Shown piece by piece: positions 37,601 through 50,335 of a stretch of DNA of 64,000 nucleotides. Each line of letters begins with the position of its first letter. The stretch's first letter is position 1. The position numbers and the translations under genes are program-made. The stretch spans positions 1,479,425 to 1,543,424 of the forward strand of contig JAHRHZ010000068.1 of NCBI GenBank assembly GCA_024137785.1. Direction: 5' to 3'. The notes under the pieces are model-generated. The model had not been told where the DNA came from, searched no databases, and was given only the letters and a program-made list of their open reading frames with translations. Origin of the DNA: Ginglymostoma cirratum (Eukaryota).

Positions 37601-40600
37601 GGGAAGGCTGCTGCCACCTATTGCGGTTTATGTGATGTGCAGCTGTGTTGAAGATGTTATGTCCACATGGTTCCACAATGAACTTCTTAATGCGTAGTTT
37701 AAACAAGTGAAGTCAACATATTGCATGTAGGCATGAGGTAATGCAAGAACTATGTACTCTGAGGCTTTTCGTTTGTGTGGAAACAAAAAAGCTATCAAAC
37801 AAAACTGGGTAGCAGGATGTGGAACAAAATCTCATATTTTGGACTAGGGTACATGAAAATTGTCTGTACATTGAGACGTAACCAACAACTGTTGTCTGTT
37901 AAAAGTACTCTTCGTTTTCTTAACGGGTAGAAAGTGTCTGCTGTTCTAGGATTATAAAACATATGCATAGGCAATGGTGAAAACATCATGACGTGGTCTT
38001 TTCAGGCAATGCTCATTGTTTCCAAAATAATATTAGTGGATTTAAGAAATAAACTGAGTTCAAAATGTAGCCTGTAAATTAGCCTTCAGTATTGTTTAAT
38101 TTTTCTTTTAATGAACAGAAACCCACAAAATCTGAAAACATGTTTTACATTTTAATAATAATTATGTAAAATCTTTGTGTGGTTTAAAGGGTTTCACATT
38201 AAAGTCAAATGCTGTAGTGGTTTTGCCTTTTCTGAGTGCTGACTGAATGGAGATCACAGTGGGCAATGAAACCTGACCTTTCTTCGAAGTCTGAGGCTTT
38301 TTCTATTTAGAACTGAGGGTCCTTTTCCTTCAGTTTATGTAGACAGCATTTGAACTACTGTGCTGTACACATCATAGCGTTGTCCCAGCATATACACACC
38401 AAACGGCTCAAATCTGCAACTCATTACTGCACAGCACTGGAGTCCATCCAATGGTTAGAATATTTCCTGAAGCCTACAATAACAGCAGTTAGTGCAAGCG
38501 CCACACTATAGAAGTGACAATGAGGGGCGGTCTACCCCTGTTGGCACGGTGCCCAGTGAAGAAAGCTAGTTGAGATAGCAAGACAGTAAAATTGCTGCTA
38601 TCCATATGTGTCGAACTTGGATGAGACTGATTTTTTTTTTGAAAGAGAATGCATTTAAGCATTGCGACAGCATCAGTCTGCTCCATTTCTTGCTTGTGTG
38701 GTGTAGAATTTAGTCTACAATTATGTATTTTTAAGATTTCTCTCAAGTGCTGCATGTAGCTCATTTTTAATGACTTAAATTGGTTGTTATGGATATACAG
38801 TTACTTTGCAAAGACTGCATACATTTTCACAATTATACTAGACTAGTAAAGATTGGGGACTTAAAAAATGTTTTTCTTGTCAAAAACAATTTAGTACATA
38901 TATCAGATATTAGAAGCAGATTTTAGAAGTTCTGTCTGAATTAAACAGTTTTTATTTTTTTGTATGATTTCTTTTAGAATTATGGGCAATCAATGAAGTT
39001 ATAAGTTTGTCCCCCTCCTCAAACCCATGCATCTTGAAAGAGAGGTGAAAATTAATTTTTTGCCCTTTCTGAGATACTTTGGTGTTTGTGTTAACAGCCG
39101 TTGTCCATTACATAAACAGACCAGGAAAGGGGTGTAGCTCCCATCTGTATGTTTTGCCGTTTTGAAAGCTTTAGGATTTTTCATGAGACTTTAGAATTAT
39201 GTCACTCAAAGTAAGTGTATTTTAATAAAAATGATTAACATTGGAGAATCTTAGCTCTGCAAATTTTTGTCTGCAGAAAGAAATTTCTGCATCTTTTGCA
39301 CATTTCTGTTTCCTCATTTACAGCTAAAATTGTGTAGCAATAAAGTATATAATTACTGTTACTAAATGATTGCAGTTGCCCTGTGACTTGTGAATGAAGT
39401 TCCCATTGGAAAGAAGATTTTTGTTAAAATAATCCAGTATAGATTTGTGACAGGTTAGGATTATCCAGAAGTGAGAGCAATGTATTGTTTTCATTATCAT
39501 GATGTAAAATATGGACTATTAATCTTGAATCACATTGTCTGATTTAATACCCGGGATTTTCATGGGCACAGGAACGTAAGAAAAGGTGAATTAGAAGCAG
39601 GAGTACGGCACACAGAGCCTGTTCCACCATTTGGTGATCTGATGCGTCCACATTCCTACCTACCTCAATAGCATTCCACACCCATTCTTATCAAGAATTT
39701 ATCTACCTTTGTCTTAAAAAAATTCAAATACTCTGCTTCCACCTTTTGAGGATGAGAATTTCAAAGAATCATGATGCTCTGTGAGAAACCTCTGTCTTAA
39801 ATAGTTTTTAAACAAAGACCCCTTGTTCTAGATTCTCCCACGAAAGGACACACCCACATTGCCAAGACCACTAACAATTTTTATATTTCAACCAAGATGC
39901 CTCTTTTAAATTCCAGCGAATATAACTCTAGCATGACCAATCTTTCCTCACAAAATAACCCTCTTAATTCAATGTATTAGTCCAGTAAATCTTCTGTGAA
40001 CTGCTTCCAACATACTTACATCTCCTTAAATAAGGAGGCCAGTACTATACACAGTACTCCAGATGTGGTCTCACCATTGCCATCAAGATAAAAAAATCTC
40101 TAAAACTTGCTAAATAGTTGCAGTATAACACCTTTTGCAATTCATGAACTAGAGCACTCAGATCCCTCTGCTTTCTCAGCAGTTTCTCGCCATTCAAATA
40201 ATATGTTTGTTTTTGGATCCTTTCTATCAAAATGGATAATATCACATTTTCACACACCATGCTCCAATTATCAAATCTTTGCCCACTCACTTGACTTATC
40301 TATAGCCTATTGTGGCCTCCTTATGTACTCTTCACAACTTACTTTCCAAACTATACATTTAGTTTTTTTCATTTAAACCATTTACATTGTGTTTAAAAAG
40401 TTGAGTACCCAACACACTGATCTATGTGGTATGCCTTGCCAACCAGAAAATGCCCCATTCATGCCTGTGTGCTTTCCTTATAGCCAACCAGTCTTCTGTC
40501 TATGGCAAGACCATGAGTTTTTTGTTTTTCACAATAACCTTTGATATGACACCTTATCAAATGCCTTCTGGAAATCTGTGTACAGTATAATCACTGGTTC

Positions 40601-40941
40601 CCCTTCATCTACAACACATGTTGTTCATAGAACTCCAATAAAACAATTAAACATTAATTTCCCTTCACAAAACTATATTCATTCTGCATGATTACCTTGA
40701 GATTTTATAAGTTCCGGCTATAACATGTTTTATAATAGCTTATAACAACTTCCCTAAGACAGTTTTTCAACTAACTGGCCTATAGTTCCCTGCTTTCTTT
40801 CTCCCTCCCTTTTTGAATAAAAGAGTCAGATTTAATATTTTCCAATTCAACAGAACCTTCCCTGACTCTACAGAATACTGGAAATTTAAAACCAATACAC
40901 TTGACACTGAAGACTAAAAGCATTGGAAATCACATTGGGTC

Positions 40942-41232
40942 AGGCAGTGTCTAGTGTGGTAGGAGCAAATTACTGCAGATGCTGGAGTCTGAGCTGAAAA
41001 CAAAAAGTGCTGGAAATCACAGCAGGATGGCAGCATCCATGGACAGAGAGCAAGCTACCGTTTCAAGTTTAGATGACTGTTAAGCTCTGATGAAGTGTCC
41101 TTTAGACTCAAAACATTAGCTTGCTCTCTGTCCATGAATGATGCCATCCTGCTGTGATTTCCAGCACTTTTTGTTTTCAGTACAGACTCCAGGATCTACA
41201 GTAATTTGCTTCTAACACACTAGACACTACCT
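40942..41232. mobile_element. About 290-bp palindromic element with decayed hammerhead motif, nested in CR1
   Basis: The left arm aggcagtgtctagtgtggtaggagcaaattactgcagatgctgg... is the reverse complement of the right arm ...ccaggatctacagtaatttgcttctaacacactagacactacct. Central CTGATGA at 41087-41093. Confidence 0.85.
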
Positions 41233-41330
41233 TTAAGGCCTTAGGAGGAGATCCATCAGGATCCACGGATTTATCAGTCTACAGCTCCGACAGTTTGTTC
41301 AATATCAATTCCCCTGATTATAAGTTCTTT

Positions 41331-41671
41331 TTCTATTCATCCATGAATGAGGGCATCACTGGCCAGGCCAGCATTAATTGTCCCAAGGGCAGTTATGAGT
41401 CAGCCGCATTGCTGTTGGTTTGGAGTCACTTGTAGGGCAGACTAGGTAAGGATGGCAGTTCCCTTTCCTAAAGGACATTAATGAGCCAGGTGGGTTTTTT
41501 TCAACAACTGGCAATGGATTCATGGTCATCATTATACCCTTAATTCCAGGTATTTATTGAATTCAAATTCCACCAGCTACTGTAGCGGGATTTGAGCGCA
41601 GGTCCCCAGAACATTACTTGGCTCTCTGGATTAACAGTCCAGTGATAATCCCATTCGGCCATTGCCTCCCC
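41331..41671 (-). mobile_element. tRNA-derived SINE (shark SINE2 family), full length
   Basis: The minus strand begins gggaggcaatggccgaatggg...ctcaaatccc (A/B boxes) and ends ...gctggcctggccagtgatgccctcattcatggatgaatagaa. A second copy is at 56500. Confidence 0.8.
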
Positions 41672-43013
41672 TCTGTTTTTTATTTACTGATTCATTGCTG
41701 TTTCTGGGATGTTACACTTAACACTCAGTAGTGACGGTCATTGCAAAAGATCTGTTCAATTTTTCTGCCATTATCTCATTTTTCATTATTAATTTCCCAG
41801 AATCACTTTTTATAGCATCAATGATCACTTTTTAATTCTTTTATAAATATGTATAAATTTTTACCATTTTTTGGTAATATTTCTAACTAACTTTCCCTTA
41901 TACCCTGTTTTTCTGTCCATATTGTTTTTTGCTTTTTTAAATGTTGTGTTTAATCTGCCACCCATCTTTGTGCAAGAATGTGCTTTTTCTTCAATTCGAA
42001 ATTTCTTTAGTAAAGAAGGCATTGTGGGTTCGCCAATGGAATGTTTTTTTCAGGTGGAATGTATCTATTCTGTACATTCTTAAATGTTCCATTTAATGTT
42101 TGCTGCTGCATCTTTATTCTTTGATTTCTTAACAGGATTTGCCAGTTTATTTTAGCTGGCACTGCTTCATGCCACCATGCATTTTTAGAAAAAGGTTTTA
42201 AACGCTAGTCTTATATCCACTTTTCTCTCCTTCAAACTGAATGTAAAATTCAGTCACATCATGATTGCTGCTCCTTAGGAGCACCTTAACTATGAGGCTG
42301 TAATTAATCTAATATGTGGTCTAAAATAGCTTGATGTCTGCTTGCCTCCAGAACTACTGTTTAAAAACTGTCCCTCATACATTCTGTGAACTCCTTAGCA
42401 AGACCACCTTTGCCCATCTTTTGCAGCCTATGTGTGGACTCTGGTTGTACCTTTCTCACAAGCTTGAACTATTTCTTCCTTTGTATCTATCATACTGCGT
42501 GGTTTCTCTTGGAAGGCCTGTGCACCATGCCCACAGTGACTTCTTGCCTTTAACATTCCTCATCTCTACTCGAACAGCTTCTACATCCTGGTTGTTTGAA
42601 CTTAGTTTATCCCTCTTGATTGTGCAAATACCATCATTAATTAATGTAGCCGGTTCCCCACCAGTTTCTACCTTTTATTCCATCACAAATGCCATTGACT
42701 GTTAAATATTCTAGTCCCAATCTGTGTTAGTCTGCAGCAATATTTCTGTAATGATTATACAATTGTATTTCTATTTATACCATCAGTTCATCTCTTTTGT
42801 TTCAAATGGCATGTGCATTCAAGTATAGAGCCTTTAGCTTTGTCCTATTATTGTTTTGTAAGGCTGAATTTTCCTGGGACCTGAACAGTGTGGGTAATGA
42901 TGACTTACCTCCATTCCTTCCTGTCATGGCCTGTCTATAATTACCCATATTAACAGCGTTCTTTCATATCTGTTCACTTTGGTTTACCACAACTTCCCAC
43001 ACTTGATTCCTTC

Positions 43014-43192
43014 ATAGAATCATAGATTCCATATAGTTTGGAAGCAAGCTCTTTGGCCCATCAAGTTCGTACCATTCGTCTGAATGGCATCCCACCCAGA
43101 TCCACCTCCTACCCTATCCCTGTAACGCTGCATTTCCCGTGGCTACTCCACCTAGGCAATTTAGCATGGTCAATCCACCTAATCTACACATG
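43014..43192 (-). mobile_element. HE1 SINE 3' half
   Basis: Reverse-complement match to the 3' half of 23951-24277 (ggcaatttagcatggtcaatccacct; catagaatcatagatt tail). Confidence 0.85.
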
Positions 43193-43274
43193 TTCTCTCT
43201 ACTACGCTAGTTATTCAATTAAAATTGAATTAAACTCAATTAAAATGACCACAAGCATCACCTGACCACACAGT

Positions 43275-44041
43275 GTGGCCATAGGTCATAAATCCAATGC
43301 GGATTAGACAGGGGGAAGCTTGTACTGACGTGAACATTTTTGCCAGGCCAGGAAACCACCCAACCCATTCTGCAGGGAGGGGGCATGAAAACAGACTGAA
43401 CACCTATCTAACTTGCACCAACATGAGAATATTCATATGTTGGAGATGAAACTTTGTCTGCAAACAGCATGTACCACCTTAGCTTGAATTTGAAGGAGCA
43501 TTTTGGGAGTATGCAGTGGAGATGATTTTTTGCAGAACTGAAACAAGCTGGAAAAGGCTCTTTTTATCGAGAGAGAGAGTGTAGAAGCCTGGTGGCCACG
43601 CCACTGTAAAGAAACATGAGGAAAGTGACATATTAAAAGATAACCCTAATATCCTCTATTGCTGGAGGTTCCAGAAATCAATTAATGAGCTCTCAGAGTC
43701 AACATTTATGCCTTAAGGAGACCCAAAAGGCTCTAGATTAAATGTTCTTTTATCTTCCGTTCTACTTAATACTATATCCTTTTAAGTTGGTACCTGTGTG
43801 TGTGTATGTGTGTGTGCCTTTATTATTTTCCTTGGCTTTAGCAGGTAATAAACCTGCTATGTCTAAACTTAAGAAAATCTTTGATTGGTCCCTTACTGTT
43901 ACAGTATAATTTAGTTAACTACATTTTATTTGGTGAAATAAATAACCAGATGCAAAGAAAAAGAACATAAACCGTCGTCCTGAACAAACAGGGAGGTTGA
44001 ATTAAGGGAAACTAAATCTCTATGCTCACATGATTATGACA
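43275..44041 (+). mobile_element. Possible solo LTR
   Basis: TG...TGACA-bounded block with AATAAA and a (TG)-rich tract, similar in layout to 61623-62431. No TSD found. Confidence 0.25.
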
Positions 44042-44532
44042 CATCTTTTAATTGAAACAAAATTCAAAAGGCGACAGCAGAGTTTGTAATAAGAAGGACA
44101 GATTAAAAAGGATTAAGAAGAAGTCCATTTGAGGTTCCCTATTTAAAAATAAAAATTTCTCCCATCTGTACCAAAACCACGAATAAAACCTGTATTGCCT
44201 CGGACAGTATTTGTTAAAGAAAACAACTGTCCATGCGAGCAGAACATCTCCATTATCATTCACAAATGTCAGGTCTGACCACTTACATACACATCTGCAG
44301 AATCCCGTTTAAAATGCAGTAATCAAAAATGGAGAGGAATTATAAACTTAAGCAACCTCACCCAAATATGTCCATTCTCATGTGTGTGTTGGTGGTGGCA
44401 TTGAAGGAGTAGAGCTAGAACGTTTAAATCTTTAAGTGGAATTCCCAACCAAATCTATTAACTTTCCCGCTATGGGCTTTAATTCCCAACACAAATCTCC
44501 TATTAGCATCTTGGCACCTTAATTGTTTTATG

Positions 44533-44705
44533 AGCATATGAAGAAGGAACAAAGCTAGGGCACTCAGCCCTTTGAGCCCACCGTACCATCCAATAAGCTC
44601 ATGACTGACCTGATTTTAACCTGAAGCTTACATTCCTGCATTCCTCCAACAATATTTCATCCCCATGGTAATCAAGAAACTATCTACCCCTGCCTTCAAA
44701 ATGTT
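44533..44705 (-). repeat. CR1 3' end fragment
   Basis: atcaagaaactatctacccctgccttcaaaat is antisense ILKAGVDSFLI, the ORF2 end, plus 3' UTR. Confidence 0.7.
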
Positions 44706-45349
44706 TGATAGAAGGGCCAGGCTTCCTGGACCCAAGTTGCTACATCCAGGTGTAATTCTACTACTGCCTCGACCCATTCTGCCTGCCTCAGCAATACCTG
44801 AATAAGGCAACCCCCACCCTTCACCAACACCGTATGCTTCTGTTGTATTGTAACTTTCTAAGAGCCTGCTCTGGCAATGGAGCCAGGGACTGCTGGTTGC
44901 ATTAGGCACAGAACGGGGACTCCTGGTGTTGGTAAGGGCAGCAGCTGCAGTAGCGGCAGTGTGCTATGCCCAGAGCCAGGACTCTGCAGCAGCAAAGCCA
45001 GGTAATCCTGGTTGCAGGGTGAGTGTGGGTTCAGCATGGGACCTGACATCGGTAAGGTGGGCCCAGCGACGAAAAGACAGCACCTGAAGAGTGGTGATTC
45101 CTATGTTGGTTTGTCCAGCACAGGTGGCAGCGAGGTGGTGGAGGAGGGGTGGCAGTGCAGGTGTCATTGGTGAGCCAGCGCAGGACTCATTGCAGAAGCA
45201 GCAGGATAAAGATAGACTCTCTTTCTGTTTCATTCTTAAATATTCAGAATGATGCTAGATTGTGGGTGACAGTTGAATCTTTTCACTGTATTTTGCTTGA
45301 TATTCACTGTTAGATACAAGTGACAATAAATCATTCAAATCAGCACATC

Positions 45350-45700
45350 GTTAATACGTTCAGCTGTAATAAACATTAACTACAACTAAACAGGAAGTGA
45401 TACTTTTCTTCTAACTTGCATGACATCTGTTTTCCTGCACTTTTAGTTTCTTGTCACAGCTGATTTATCCAGAGAAAGTATGTGTGTGATATTGTTCCCC
45501 AATTAAATGGGGGAGCAGATTGATGTGAACTCAGATCTCTAGCATCAGTGGAGAAGTAACAATAACTTCAGTGTTCACTTCAGATCTTAACATTCATATT
45601 GTGGCAGAGTTCTCCATAATGCTATTAATGGGCTGTTTGTCCAATGGTATTACATAAGAATAAGCTAATGGTAATTGACTACTCAATTCGCTGAGCTTGT
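45350..45700. promoter_or_regulatory. Putative intronic enhancer with FOX:ETS motif
   Basis: TAAACAGGAAGT at 45387-45398, a second forkhead-like ATAAACA, two CAGCTG E-boxes and a TTATC site within about 110 bp of unique sequence. Confidence 0.35.
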
Positions 45701-45922
45701 TCCATCTTCAGTTAAGACTCTTGTTAATTTATACTTTACCCCCCCGTTGCCTCATTCCTTCTGGACTTTGAATTTTTCATGCTCAAAAAAATTACTATTA
45801 GAATGAGTTTGACCTTGACCATATATTTAACAGTAAGCATTTAATGGAAATGAATAAGCAGAAATATTGTTTGAGTAACTTAACATTTCAATAAATAAAT
45901 AAATTCAAAATACATCACAAGT

Positions 45923-46086
45923 GCTGGAGAAACACAGCAGATCTGGCAGCATCTGCGGAGAGACAAATAGAGTTAAATTTTGAATTTAACATGCCTCTTT
46001 TTGCATCAATACTGTCATGCTGGACTCAAACATTAGCTCTGTTTCTCTCTCCACAGATGCTGCCAGATCTGTTGAGTTCCTCCAGC
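45923..46086. mobile_element. Older palindromic Penelope-associated element
   Basis: gctggagaaacacagcagatctggcagcatctgcggagaga and tctctccacagatgctgccagatctgttgagttcctccagc are inverted arms. The remnant ggactcaaacattagctc resembles 41105-41125. Confidence 0.75.
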
Positions 46087-47029
46087 CCTTTCTGCTTTTA
46101 TAATGTTTAAACAAGATTTGTTTGGCCTTTAAATTTCCTATGATTGTGACCACACGACTGCTGTAATTCTGGCAATAGTTTGACATAAATTAGGTTGGTT
46201 TCCACCAAACTTACAGTCAAATTATGGAGATAGAGCAAGAGCAGCACTCAGGAAATTCTAGGCTTGTAACCTCGAGTTCAACCTAATGCCAGAATGGAAC
46301 GTTTTGAGTTTGAATATTCAGTTTACATGCTGTTCAATTTTTGGCTTCATCGAATTCAATGGAGTGTGAAATCATGTTAGTGTAAATCAGGCTCCTACCT
46401 ACACCTTTTTATCAGACATTTTAGACTAAAATTGGTTTATCAGTCTTTTTGTATTGTGTGGAGATCTGGAATCTGCATAAGTAGTCTCCTTTTCATTTGC
46501 TGTTACATAGAATTGCGTCAAAACCACTTATTGCTTTTTCACTCAACTGAAGTTTCTATATGCCGCTAGGAGGCATATTGCATCTGCCTTCTGCCTTCTC
46601 TCCTCCAAGCTTATTCAGGAATTTCCCATGTAAGTACAACAGAGTTTGCTAGCTTGACACAATTTACACTTGATCAGATATAGTGGTGCAGTTAGGGTAC
46701 TGAACTGACAATCCAGAGAATGAGGGTTCAGTTCCACCATGGCAGTTTTAGAGCTGTAAGAACTAACTGGTTCACTGAGTGCAAAATCATGTCTGGCCAA
46801 ATCTGTCAAGACAAAGATTCTTCTCAGTACCCACTTGATCTTTCCACTGTCACAGATGCCATCTTTAGCTTTGCTCTACTTGAATCTTTAGATTCACTCT
46901 ACTTGATATCAAGAAATGACTAAGTGCACTGTACACACCAAAAACTGTTGCAGATATTGCAGCATCTCTATCCAAATTGTTCCCATACAATAAAAACCCT
47001 CCACTGTAAGTAAAAACTTTCAGGTACAT

Positions 47030-47850
47030 CCCGTCCACAAAAAAAGCAAGGCAAATCTAACCCAGACAATTAGTACCCTAATAGTCTACTCTGAATTATT
47101 AGCAAATTATGTAAGGAGTTGTCAACAGCGTTATTAAGTGAGAGTTATTTATCAACAATCTGTTTAATTCAGTTCTGTCAGCTATACCGGGCACAAAAAT
47201 TTCGTTACAGCCTTCAGCAAAGATGGACATAAAAGGTAAATTCTCTAGCTGACGTGAGAGGGTCATCTTTCAACGTAAAGCAGCATTCAACAAAGTGTAA
47301 GCCTCAAGAGTCTTGAGTAAAACTAAAATCTGTGGTGATGATAGGGTAAACTCTCCAGTGGCTATTATCATACTAGATATGTGATTATGCTTTGGTCATT
47401 GGAGAACAATCATTTCAACAGCATTGGAGTTTCTCCAGGCAATGTCCTTGACATAACTGTCTTCAGCTCCTTTATCAAAGATTTTGTTAATTGTGAGATC
47501 TAATCTGGCTCTGTGTACTAATGCTTGCTGTGTTCAGTTCTGTTTTTAGTTCCTAAAGCAATGAAACCTTCCATAAATCTAATCTCAGACAACATTCTGA
47601 GAATTGGCTTATAAGTGGCAAGTGCAATTTCCACCATGCAACTCCCAGCCATAATCATGAAAAGCAAGAAAGAGTATAACCATCTCATTATGACATTTAG
47701 CAACATTCTCAATACTGACTTTTACACCATCCTCATCCCAGGAATATTATTCTTCGTGATGAGTTTAGGCACATGAATATCAATGTGATTCACACAGATC
47801 ATAGCCTGGCATGTTTTGTGGAGAATTGATAACTTTCTGACTCCTAAGTA
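47030..47850 (+). mobile_element. Highly degraded CR1/L2-type RT fragment
   Basis: Remnants of YRPISLLSIISK, AAFNKV and GVxQGxVL-type motifs in the expected order. Confidence 0.5.
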
Positions 47851-48829
47851 AAATTCAGGAACTTCCAAAACAAGAGCTTTATTTGTAGTCATTATCTAAT
47901 GACACCCGTGGAGAAAATGGACACATGAATGTTAAATGAGCAAAGGATTGTGATATTCCTCCAGAGAAACATCCTGCTGGCACTACCGAAGCTCGCACAC
48001 AAAGAATGACCACTGATGTGAAATACTGGAAAGATCAACCAGCTCTTTGGATATGTGTCACAGCATGAGTTAGTGCCTTAAGGATTGTGGATTCCAGTCC
48101 CACTTAGCTCAGAAATTTGCTTGGGGCTCTCCTGCTGGGTTACTTTAGCTGTGGTGAAAGATCAGCGTAAACCACAGAAACGTACGTCTGCAGGATGCTG
48201 TCTGAAAGTAGAGCAGCTGATTGGGTGAACCTCTGAAGAAATCTCCAGCGAAAACATGAATTAATAATATGACAGTAATGGAGCTTGTCATTCTCCAAGA
48301 CAGTCTTTCAGACCAAAGACCCTTGTGCTTAGTTGCATCAATGTGAAAGATGCCTTGACAATTTGTTTGTAGAAAACAGAGAGGTCTCCCAGTGACTTTG
48401 CAAAGATCTTTATTCCTTATCCAACAGTAAATAAACATACACCTCCATGCTTTTGGGAGGACCTTGTCAGGGTCAAGTTGGCTATTTTCCTACAAAGCAA
48501 TAGTATATACAATGGCAAATAATTTAGGACATTCTGAGGGAATATATAACTCTTGTTTCTGTTGAAGAGCAGAGAAAGTTATAGTTGATTGAATTGTTAT
48601 TAGTTGGCCAGTTTGAAAATAATCCATGTTAAAATGCTAAGACTTGGATTTTTATCAAGTGATTATATGCAAATTTTTTTGTTTGCTGATCTGAGTTTTG
48701 ATTGTACTTCTAGGAGGTTTGCCAGAGCAACCAAGAGAACATCCATTTTCCCCTGAGTCTGATTTTGGCTCAGTGCTTTCTTCCTGATAGCATGATTTTT
48801 GGAAGGAAATCCTTGAGTTGGTTATCGTA

Positions 48830-49026
48830 GGGGCTGGTTAGCTGATTTGACTGCACTGCTGGTTTGTGATGCAGAGTGACACCAAAAAATGAAGGTTCGG
48901 TTCACCTTCTGAGCCTAACCTTTCACCTAGGCATGGTGACCCTCAGGTTAAACTAATATCAGTTGTTTCTGTCCAACAAGAGAGCAGCCCTATTATCCTC
49001 TGGGATTTTAGTGACTTTACCTTTTT
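48830..49026 (+). repeat. Short tRNA-derived SINE
   Basis: ggctggttagctga...ggttcggttcacc head and tail tgaccctcaggttaaac...gagagcagccct...gactttacctttt. Confidence 0.45.
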
Positions 49027-50129
49027 AGTATAAAGCATGTTCTAGCACAAAACCCATATGCCTCAAACCCAAAATCCAACACCAATCTTAAAATAAATGA
49101 TATTAAAAATATATTCAAATATTATAGTTTATATCACATTGCGAAGAGGAATGGTTACGTCTGTAAAGCATTATCTAAACTGGACGTGATTTAATGAGAG
49201 GTTTTGTAATTTTAGTACCTTTTGCTCCCCAACCTTCTGTGCCAACTTCTCTCCTCGCATGAGGGCTTTGACTCTTATGCTCCGGTATGGTTCATAAAAC
49301 ATGGCTTTTGCTTCTCCACCAATTCAAGTGTGAATATTGACAGGCCAATTTTAAAGGATATCTATGGGAGGAGTCATAGCTAGGCCCAGCCTATTCTCAC
49401 CGAGAATCCACATGGATATAGTTTCTTCTAACTATTACGAGATCATACTTAAGATGATTGAACTACGGCTAAACTGCCTCTTGTTAGAAGTGCGAAGGGA
49501 AATGACCAAGGTTGCTTGAAATGTCTTCACTGTAATCTTGGTTGAGAACATCAAACTTAGCATTGACTTGAGCTGAATGGCTCAGTTACATGTTGGCTGA
49601 GCTTTCGGGGAGTTGAATTTAATCATGATAATCTTAAATTTGTGCTGCACTGTTCTTGGTTTTCCATCATAAAGTAAATTAAGCCATTATTAAGTTTTGA
49701 TTGAACAATATGAAGGTTTTGCTTTATGTGCCATTACTTGAGCGATCTGTAATTGAAACAAACAAAAAAATTTAATCAGACCATTAATTTTTCAAACTTG
49801 GCAACATTTCAAAAAGCCTAATGAAATAATGTTAGCAGCATTTAGCTAATGTGAAATGCAAGGGTCTAAATTTGATCACCCCCCGAATTCAAATCCAGAC
49901 ATCATGATGCACGGTTAACCAGTGCTATAGTCTGCAGTGCAAGCAAAGATAAAAGTTGTGCTATTTTATACCACTGAACATCCAGCCAGTACTAACAGCA
50001 TGGGTGCCTGAGCCGGAGGCCAGTATTATGAGTAACTAATGCAGATTTAAACAAGCCTGCAAGTTGCATTATGGCTAGACCAGTGCTGGAAGTACTCGGA
50101 GCTGCATCTGACCTGGGAATGACAGGAGA

Positions 50130-50335
50130 ATGGCACACACACAAGATCATGCAGGCTCCAAGATTTTGCAGAGGATATCTTCCTGGAGGACGTAGCAGAG
50201 GATCTTTCAACCACATATATGCAAAGCATAGGCAGCATATTGCTTGAAGGCCAAAGCCAGGAGTCAGGCCCTGAGGATCTGGATGCATTGCCTTAAGACA
50301 TTGAGTGGCCTCACACAGGCAGTCAGAGTCAATGA
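50130..50335 (+). mobile_element. Remnant of Harbinger Myb/SANT (trihelix) ORF
   Basis: QAPRF... and KARSQALRIWMHCLKTLSGLTQAVRV resemble the trihelix pattern R-x-W-x-Q-C-R-K-K-F-N-D-L. Confidence 0.45.

Larger units (their letters stand above)
39590..42990 (-). mobile_element. Old degraded near-full-length CR1 LINE with nested elements
   Basis: 3' end at about 39590. MVRPHLEYCV in ORF 40045-40290. gacaccttatcaaatgccttctggaaatc is antisense DFQKAFDKV. Endonuclease-like region at about 42200-42800. Confidence 0.8.

Noticed and set aside
40942-41232. Hairpin as a pre-miRNA or a classical TIR MITE
   Set aside because: The stem is much longer than a pre-miRNA, and the arms match a dispersed family that also occurs as non-palindromic single arms.
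46563-46575. Additional CTCF-like words (also about 37610 and 62478)
   Set aside because: Weaker matches that are expected by chance in 64 kb, with no supporting context.
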